This document shows, piece after piece, positions 55,323-64,000 of a stretch of DNA of 64,000 nucleotides. The stretch's first letter is position 1. Each line of letters starts with the position of its first letter. A program made the translations under genes and the position numbers. Source of the stretch: Eledone cirrhosa (lineage: Eukaryota); NCBI GenBank assembly GCA_964016885.1, contig OZ024741.1, forward strand, positions 313,596,001-313,660,000, in the 5' to 3' direction. The notes under the pieces are model-generated. The model had not been told where the DNA came from. It did not search any database and was given only the letters and a program-made list of their open reading frames with translations.

Positions 55323-56126
55323 TTCGTATATATTTAATTATATATAAAAAAATTATATATATACCTCATATGCCGGTATGAAAGTTGATGCGCTGCATAA
55401 GTCGACCCATCAAATGTTGTGGTGTAATTCAGGTGGAGGCCTATATACGCCGGTTGAGACGCCACCACAGGTATAAGGCTTTACCATCTCCTCAGCCGTT
55501 GATATGCTTGCCGTTGTTTATTTGCACAAAATATAAAATATGGAAATAAACACTAAATAGTTGTAAAATTAAAATGCATGTGAGGAAAGTACAATTTGTA
55601 AAATTTATATTTCATTTCACAAAAAGATTTAACTGAACTGTTTTATTAGTAAACAACATGCTACCACACCGTCACTTGATATGCGCTAATTTAAAAAAAC
55701 CTAAATATTCCTTATCCAATGTGTATCAGCATTACATGGCGATATATCTTTATTTCGACGTGTTTGTTTCATGGAAAAATCACAGCAGATTTTCCAATAG
55801 TTTCGATAATTCAGTGAATCAGTATACCATTAATCTTACAACTATGATATTCATGATAATATTATATCTATTTTGGAAGGATTATACATGTTGTTTTTCT
55901 AATAATATTGTTTGTTTCTTTTATAATGTTATTAACATTGCATTTAACTGAACTAAAAATCCATCTATAATTTATAGAAGATCGATATAACATTCAATAT
56001 TTCTACAAGTTAATTGGTTTATCCCAAGCCCACTTTAATCTTGAAATTTGCTATCAAATCGTATCAATGATTTTTGTATGTAATTAATGATATCTTCAAC
56101 TTTATCATATATATTGATATATTTAG

Positions 56127-56261
56127 AATGCCGAGAAGGAAATTTTGGTGTTGCTTGTAATGGGACATGCCATTGTATCAACAACATGAACTGTGACAAG
56201 CGAAATGGAAGATGTTCAGATGGATGTTCTGCAGGTTATACTGGTGACAATTGCCAACAAG
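56127..56261 (+). CDS. EGF-like exon E3
   Basis: [44 protein letters not shown]; AG/GT intact. Confidence 0.85.
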
Positions 56262-56368
56262 GTATCTCATAACAATGTTACGTACTTATTAGACACACAA
56301 ACACACACATACATATACAAACACACACACAGAGACACACATATAAACATATTTATATATATATATAT

Positions 56369-59300
56369 GGGGTAACAAGTTATCGTTATAGGTAATCCAG
56401 TTAGATGTTGTGAGTACTCTGCGTCGTGGATAGTTTTAACGTACGGCTTTGCTTAACTCAACAATATGTTTCCATAGTTAGGGAGCGAGTTCGCGGTAAA
56501 TCCTATGTAGGTTCTACTTGGAGTAATAATAGTGAAAGTATGAAGAGTAACATCGTTGGCTGTGCAACAAGTAGTTTTATGTCAAGTATTGACTATTGTT
56601 TCATTGATCAGGTGAGTCTAGAGGTCGCTAATCGCTTGAAGTTGCTCAATTCGATCTCCATTATATTATTTACTTTAAACCAACTCCTCAGAATACAAAA
56701 AACAATTCACTCAAGGCAAAATATATAGAGAGAAATAGAGTATAATCAAAACAATAACATCAATAATAAAATATATATGATACATAGGTAGAGAGGTTAC
56801 AGATGTAAATGTATAATGTAAAAGATAAGAAAAAGGGTACAGTAAAAAGTAAGGAAATGGAAAAAAATATAAATAAATAAGGATAAGTGAGATCATGTAA
56901 GTACAGTATATGATAGTGGTAGTAGAGAGTCTGATGTAGTGACAGATAAAAGAAAAAGCATAAATTAGAGATTAATGGGGAGATACTAGTATGAGATTTA
57001 AGGGTAAGGGTGGATGTTGAAGGGATCTTTGACAAATGTGTGTAGTAAATATTTTGCTGATTGTCCCGTCTTAATGGATGTGATGCTGTTTCAGGAGAGC
57101 GGGTGAAATAGATGTTAAGATATTTATGATCTAGTGACCAGTTGGTTGTTTGGCAGCTAAGAGCGGTGTGATTGTGTCTATTGCATACGTTGAAATTCTG
57201 GTGGTTCAGTTCTAAATTTGGTATTGTTGGCTCGAATCACGTGGTTTAAAATTTGTGAACTTGGTAGCTATTTTATGCCTACAGAAAATTGATCTTTCTA
57301 TTTTGCTGTTAAGCAGCATCTTATCGTACCTTAAAATATGGAATAGCTCCATATTACAAATTCTGCAGTGGGGCATTCCATTGTCGTTAGCCCTTGCTTC
57401 TGATATTTTGACCAGCTAATCCCATATTCCTGGTTTGTGTTTTTAAGCTGCAAGATTTTATTGGCTTGCGTCGTAGAATTATATAGTCTACGGTTCTTCA
57501 TGGAGTGTCTGTGGACGCACCACCTTTTTTTAAACTCCCCAGCCGTGGAACCTATGTAGTGCCAAGTAGTGTTGCCTGAATTTACAGTACACAGGTACAC
57601 CATACTCGAATCCACGCATCTATTTTGCAGTGTGCACTTATCCGGTAGGTGGCAATTACAGTTGGAGGCTTTTCTTTGTGCCGCTTCTCCGTTGCGGTTT
57701 TGTATGTTCGTTGTGGGTGGGTTGATATTTAGGCCAATTAGTGTTTTGTTGTGATGCGCCCTAGTGTATGTGTGGTTGGGATGTTATGTGTTTGCGTTTT
57801 GTATTTGGTGCTATGATGTATATTGGTAGGTTATTTTCTTTAGAGATGTTTTTGTGGTTGATTTTACGTATGTGTGATTCTATGTTGGCTGCAGTAGAGT
57901 AAGATTGTTTGATAGTTCTTCTATTAAAGAATCTATGGTATTTGAGTAGATTAACAAAGTGTTTGTCTATTAGCTTAAATAATGTAGAAGACAGTTTTGT
58001 TTTTATAGAGGACTTGGATATTGGATTGAACCATAGGTATTTTCTATCATAGGTATCTTCTATGCTTAGTCCTATGCTTGTTATTTCATAAGGTGTGGGT
58101 AGTGTAGTTTTCGTTAGGGTTGTTGCTGCTGTCCCTATCTGGTATGTTTCCAACCCCTCTTTACGTCCTGCCTTATGTATAGCTATATCATAATACTTTG
58201 GGTGTTCGTTAAACATCTCTAGGTTAGAAGGTAGGCTGCATATTCTGAAGGATATACTATGTGCTATGGTGTTAATTATGGATCGGGGGTGGTCGTTAAT
58301 TATGGATCGGGGGTGGTTGTTATTTTATGGAAGGGCTCTATTAATCTGGTGATTAGGTTGAGTGTTACATCTAAGATGTTTGATTTTTTAGAATTAAGTT
58401 CGAACGTAGTACCTAGGCCTAGTTTGTTAAAGAAGGCTCTGATGTTTTTTCGTAATTTTTCCATGTTTTGATTATTTAAGATTTTGTCTAAAAGTAATGT
58501 GTCGTCTCTATAAATTCATCCCTCGTGGTTATTGAATTCCTTATGTAAGTTGTGCGCTATATATATTCACACGAATTCCGTTACCTGTGCCGAGTCGTTA
58601 GATCCCATTGTGATATTGAAGCTATTCTGTCTATTCTTACGTTCCCAGTAACTATTTTCGAATCTAATGATAGTTCTCCTAGTAGCATTATTATTTTAAT
58701 TTCGTCCGAGGTAAGGTACGAATGTTCCTGGGCAAAGGTTAGCGCTTTATCTAGGGTGACTGGGGATATGGATGAGTAGTAGTCATCAATGTGGAACTGT
58801 ACGATGTTGGATGTTTCTCTACTGTCTATTTTGCTGAACCAGTCTATTGCTTCGTTAGTGTTACCCCATACCTTAATTACTAGTTCGTCCTTGATTTGTG
58901 CGATTACACTATCTAGTATATACTTCGCAATTCTATCTATATACGACTTCGATGGGCATATTAATCTAATTGCGGGGTCTATTTCGAAATTATATTTGTG
59001 ATCCTTTAGGTTAAATGTGGGGTTCGAAGGTGCTAGAGGCTTGGTTCTATCAGATGTTTTCAGTTTTTAGAATGCTAAGTCCTTCTTTAATAATGCTAGT
59101 GAGTGCAGATTCTGTTGTTTGTTTGTATTTTTTATGCAGTTCACGACGTACACAATTATTGTATGTATTAAGTCTCATGTCGTATATGCTTCAAGTTTTA
59201 TCTCCTTTTACTATAATACCGTTGGCGTTGCATAGTTCTTTTAGAAGTGTATTGATGTCGTTTTACAATTTGTTGTGATGTGTCATTACTTTGAATTTGG

Positions 59301-60261
59301 TTCCACCTATCATGTTCATGAGGTCGAGTTCGAAGGCATCGAGCTGGGGGTTATTCGGAGGATTTTTCAGGATTTGAATCCGTATATTTTCCTAGTAATT
59401 TCCTCCGTGTTATTAGCGTGTCCTTTATCATAATGATAGGCCTTCCATCGGATTCGACGAATGAAGTCATTAGTCCTTGTTAGTATGTATAGGTATGTTT
59501 TTCAATGACATATCTATGTGGTGATTTTCCATTTTAGTACCGTGCGTTAAAGTTGTTGCTCAACCTAGTGGGAGCTGGGTATATGGGGTAACAAGTTATC
59601 GTTATAGGTAATCCAGTTAGAAGTTGTCAGTACTCTGCGTCATGGATAGTTTTAACGTACTGCTTTGTTTAACTTAACAAGATGTTTCCATAGTTAGGCA
59701 ACGAGTTCGCGGTAATTCCTATGTAGGTTCTACTTGGAGTAATAATAGTGAAAGTATGAAGAGTAACATGGTTGGTTGTACATCAAGGGACTTTGTATGT
59801 TTCGAATATGACTTTTTATGTTAGCAAAAAACCCACCACACAATCCTTATACGAACAACACTTACTCACCACCACCACTATCATACTCTGTACTTACATG
59901 GTCTCACTTATTCTTATTACTTTATATTTTTCCATTTTCTTACTTTTTTACTGTATCTTTTTTCTTATCTTTTACTTTTTATATTTTACATCTGTAACCT
60001 CTCTACCCATTATCATATATATTTTATTATTGTTGTTATTGTTTTGATTATACGCTATTTCTCTCTATATATCTTGCCTTGAGAGAATTGTTTTTGTATT
60101 ATGTGGAGTTGGTTAAAGGTAAATAATGTAATGGATCTCGAGTGCCGCAACTTCGAGCGATTATCGAGCTCTAGACTCACCTGATCAATAAAGCAAGTGT
60201 CAATGCCTGAAATAAGGCCCCGTGTTGTACAGCCAACCATGTTAACCTTCATCCTTTCACT
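56369..60261 (-). mobile_element. Penelope-like family 1, unit 3 copy
   Basis: Colinear; includes ORF 57761-58216 (YLWFNPISKSSIKTKL..LIDKHF). Confidence 0.9.
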
Positions 60262-61045
60262 ATATACACCCTATATTCCGGTGTAAATCTTGATCCGCTG
60301 CATATACGTCCCATCAAATATTATGGTGTAAGTTAGGTTGAAGCCTATAGACACCGGTTGATACGACACACCAGGTATAAGCCATTATCATCTGGCCAGC
60401 CGCAATTATGCTTGCCGTTAACAAAAGGATTTAACTGAAGTGTTTTATTAGTAAACAATATGCTATCACACCCTGACTTGATAGGCGGCATTTTTAAAAA
60501 CCTAAATACTCTTTATCCAGTGTGTATCATTGTTACGTGGCGATATGATTTTACTTTCGACCTGTTTTGTATTGTGGCGAAATTACCGGAGATTTTCCGA
60601 TAGTTTAGATAATTCAGTGAATCAGTATACCATTCATATTATAACTATGATATTCATGATAATATTATAGATATATATGTGTGTATATATTTATGTATGT
60701 ATGTATTTATGTATGTATGTGTGTGTGTATGTGTGTATGTATGCATATATATATATATATACAGTATATTATTGTAGAATATGGTAATATTTGGAAGGAT
60801 TATATATGATATTTTTCTTATAGTATTGTTTGTTACTTTCATAATGTTATTAATATTGCATTTAATTGAACTAAAAATCCAAGTATTTTTTTATAAAGGA
60901 TCGATATAATATTCAATAAATTTACAACTTCATTTGTTTAGCACAAGACCACTTTATTCTTGAAATTTGATATAAGATTGTATCATTGATATATGTATGT
61001 AATTAATGATATCTTCAACATTATCATATATATTGTTAATTTTAG

Positions 61046-61180
61046 AATGCCGAGCAGGAAGGTTTGGTGTTGATTGTAATGGGACCTGCCATTGTATCAA
61101 CGACACGAACTGTAACAAGCGAAACGGCACATGTTTAGAAGGATGTTCTGCAGGTTATGCTGGTGTCAATTGCCAAGAAG
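61046..61180 (+). CDS. EGF-like exon F3
   Basis: [44 protein letters not shown]; AG/GT intact. Confidence 0.85.
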
Positions 61181-61256
61181 GTATTGTTACGTAATTATTA
61201 TACACACGCACACACACATACACACACACCCCCACATACAAACACACAAATATACA

Positions 61257-61364
<108 letters not shown>

Positions 61365-63030
61365 AATACATTTATATATAGACCGTATATGACTTGTACG
61401 CGGGAATTTTTTAAAACCTAAATATTCCTTATCCAATGTGTATCAGCTTAGATGGCGATATATATTTACTGTCGTCCTGTTTTGTTTCGTGGGGAAATTA
61501 CAGTAGTTTTTCGATAATTTAGAAAATTCAGTGAATCAGTATACCATTAATATAATAATTATAATATTAATACTAATAGGAATCGCTTGTGAGGACAATG
61601 CAAGCTACGTACATGGGTGCTGTAAGTAAAGTGATAATAGAAATGGAGTTTGTGAGGAATTCCATATAAAAGTAGGTGTACATCAAGATTCGCTCCTCAG
61701 CCCAATCTTGTTCATTATAGTCCTCCAAGCCATAACAGAGGAGTTTAAGACTGGTGCCCATGGAATCATCTCTATGCTGATGATCTGGTTCTTATAGCAG
61801 ATTCAGTAGAGGAGCTAGATAATAAATTATTTCTATGGAAACAGCAGTTGGAATCAAGAAGCCTGAGACTGAACATAGCTAAACAAAAGCGTTGATAAGT
61901 AGAATAGTGGACAATGCTCTGATTCCATCGGGGAATTGGCCATGATAGATATATAGGAATGGAACTGACATGAATTCCATGAAATCTACGCAATGCTGAT
62001 CTTGGAGACACAAGATATGTAGTGGGATAGCCGGCAAACTAACAGGTAGGGAAAACTACGTATGCAATAGAGGTACAGGGAAAGTTGGCAGTAGTAATCG
62101 CTGCGATAGACTCATTTTGCAAATGCAGGTGGGTTCTATAGAAGAGGTTGTTAGCTTCCGGTACCTAGGTGATGATATAAGCATGGGAGGAGGGTTTTTC
62201 GCGTCCATAGTATCTAGAATAAGAACGGGTTGAAAGAAGTTTATGGAGCTACTTCCTCTGTTGACAAAAAAGTGTTTCTCCCTGCGTAGAAAATGAAGGT
62301 TATATGATACGAGGATGCTGCATGGTAGTTAGAAATGGACACAACTGCTGGAGATTTGCGACGGCTGGAGAAAAATGAAGCAGGTATGCACAGTTGGAGG
62401 GGCAATTTTAATGTGCGTCAACGACAAAGCATAGACGAGCTGAGTATAAGAGGGATAAGTTGTGGTGTGCAGGAGAGAAGTCTCAGATGATATGTACATA
62501 TGATGTGCATGGAGGATGAGCGCTGGGTGAAGAAGTGCCAGGAAGTCCAAGTGGAGGGAAGACGCAGTGGAGGTGGACCACAAAAAACATGGCCGCAGCT
62601 GGTTAAACTCACCGAGGAGATGACAAAGGACCGTGACAAGTGGGGAGATGCTGTGCTGAATAGGGCCCGTCCAACCATTGCAAGCAGGGAAAATAGGGCG
62701 GAAAATGATAGTAAATAAAAATGAATGTGAAGAAAGTACAAATTGCCAAATATACTTTTCAGTTAACAAAATGCTTTAACTGAACAGTTTTAATAGTAAA
62801 CAACATGCTAATACACCATCACTTGATACGCGGTAAATTTAAAAACCTAAATATTCCTTATCCAATGTGTGTCATTATTACGTGGCGATATCATTTTACT
62901 CTCGATCTGTTTTGTTTCGTGGGAAAATTACCGGAGATTTTCCGATTGTTTAGATAATTCAATGAATCAGTATACCATTCATATTATAACTATGATATTC
63001 ATTATAATATTATAGATATATATGTGTGTG

Positions 63031-63062
<32 letters not shown>

Positions 63063-64000
63063 TGTATGTATGTATGTATGTATGTATGTATGTATGCATG
63101 TTCCGCTGGTTTTATAATTTCACAAAGTTTTATCAATAGAGAGAGAGTCGGTTTCTAACATAAACACAAGACTCTCTCATTGGAATTAACACAACACCAA
63201 CTAGGTATATATATATATATGCATGCATGTGTAGATATGGATGTTATTGTATGTGTGCATGTGTATATGCTTTGTATCTGTACATGTGCATATGTAGTTA
63301 TTAGAGGCAACATTGTTGGAATGTTTTATATATTTTTACTGTTCCATTAATGGATTCTACTTGTAGTTTCCTAACTAGTTGTTTATGTATGTATGTATGC
63401 ATGTATGTATGTATCATATATGTATGTGTGCGTGTATGTGTAAATGTATGCATTTATATATATACAGTATATAATATATATATATTTCGTTTCTGAATTT
63501 GTTTAGCAAGATACTTTATCTGAAAACGTGTGTTGAATCCGATATTGTTATGCTTTCGGAGGGTCATGTTGCCAATAAGAAACACCAGTAAATTGAAGTG
63601 AAACTTCTGGTGCGTGTGTTTCTTATTGGCAACATGACCCTCCCAAAGCATAACAATATATATATATATATGCGTGTGTGCTTGTGCGTATGTGTGTGTC
63701 TGGTTTTATTTACATGTAAGAATGACGCAAACACATATCGTAGTAACTGGTAGAATATGATAATATTTGGAACGCTTATATATCATTTTTTTCTTATAAT
63801 ACTGCTTGTTTCTTCAATAATGTTTTTAACATTGCATTTAACTGAACTAAAAATCCATGTATGTTTTATAGAGAATCGTTATAATCTATATATATAAAAC
63901 TGAGGATGTCTGTCTGTGTGTGTGTCTGTGAGATTGAATCAATAAAACTCGAGAAGTACCGAACCGATATTTTTACATGAGTTTTACTTATGTTTCAGGG

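Overview
AT-rich, microsatellite-dense animal DNA, probably octopus/cephalopod (inferred from a recognisable SINE tail and the RTE/Penelope content). The whole window is about 2.85 copies of a ~22.5 kb tandem unit starting at 1, 22881 and 45084; copies differ by scattered SNPs and indels. Each unit is built from an older ~1 kb monomer carrying one 135-nt, phase 1-1, 8-cysteine EGF-like exon on the + strand (consensus [45 protein letters not shown]), similar to MEGF10/Draper/CED-1/SREC-type ectodomain repeats. Each unit has eight slots: four intact exons (A, B, E, F), one with a dead donor (C), one 5'-truncated (D), one with a stop and dead donor (G) and one slot with the exon deleted. The window holds 12 intact exons and no recognisable start, signal-peptide, transmembrane or terminal exon, so it looks like the interior of one very long gene. 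Introns hold decayed RTE LINE pieces, two Penelope-like families (RT plus GIY-YIG, pseudo-LTRs, hammerhead-like motifs), a non-autonomous Helitron, a SINE fragment, pogo-like ends and CA/TA/GT microsatellites. Most ORFs in the supplied track are microsatellite or antisense artefacts.
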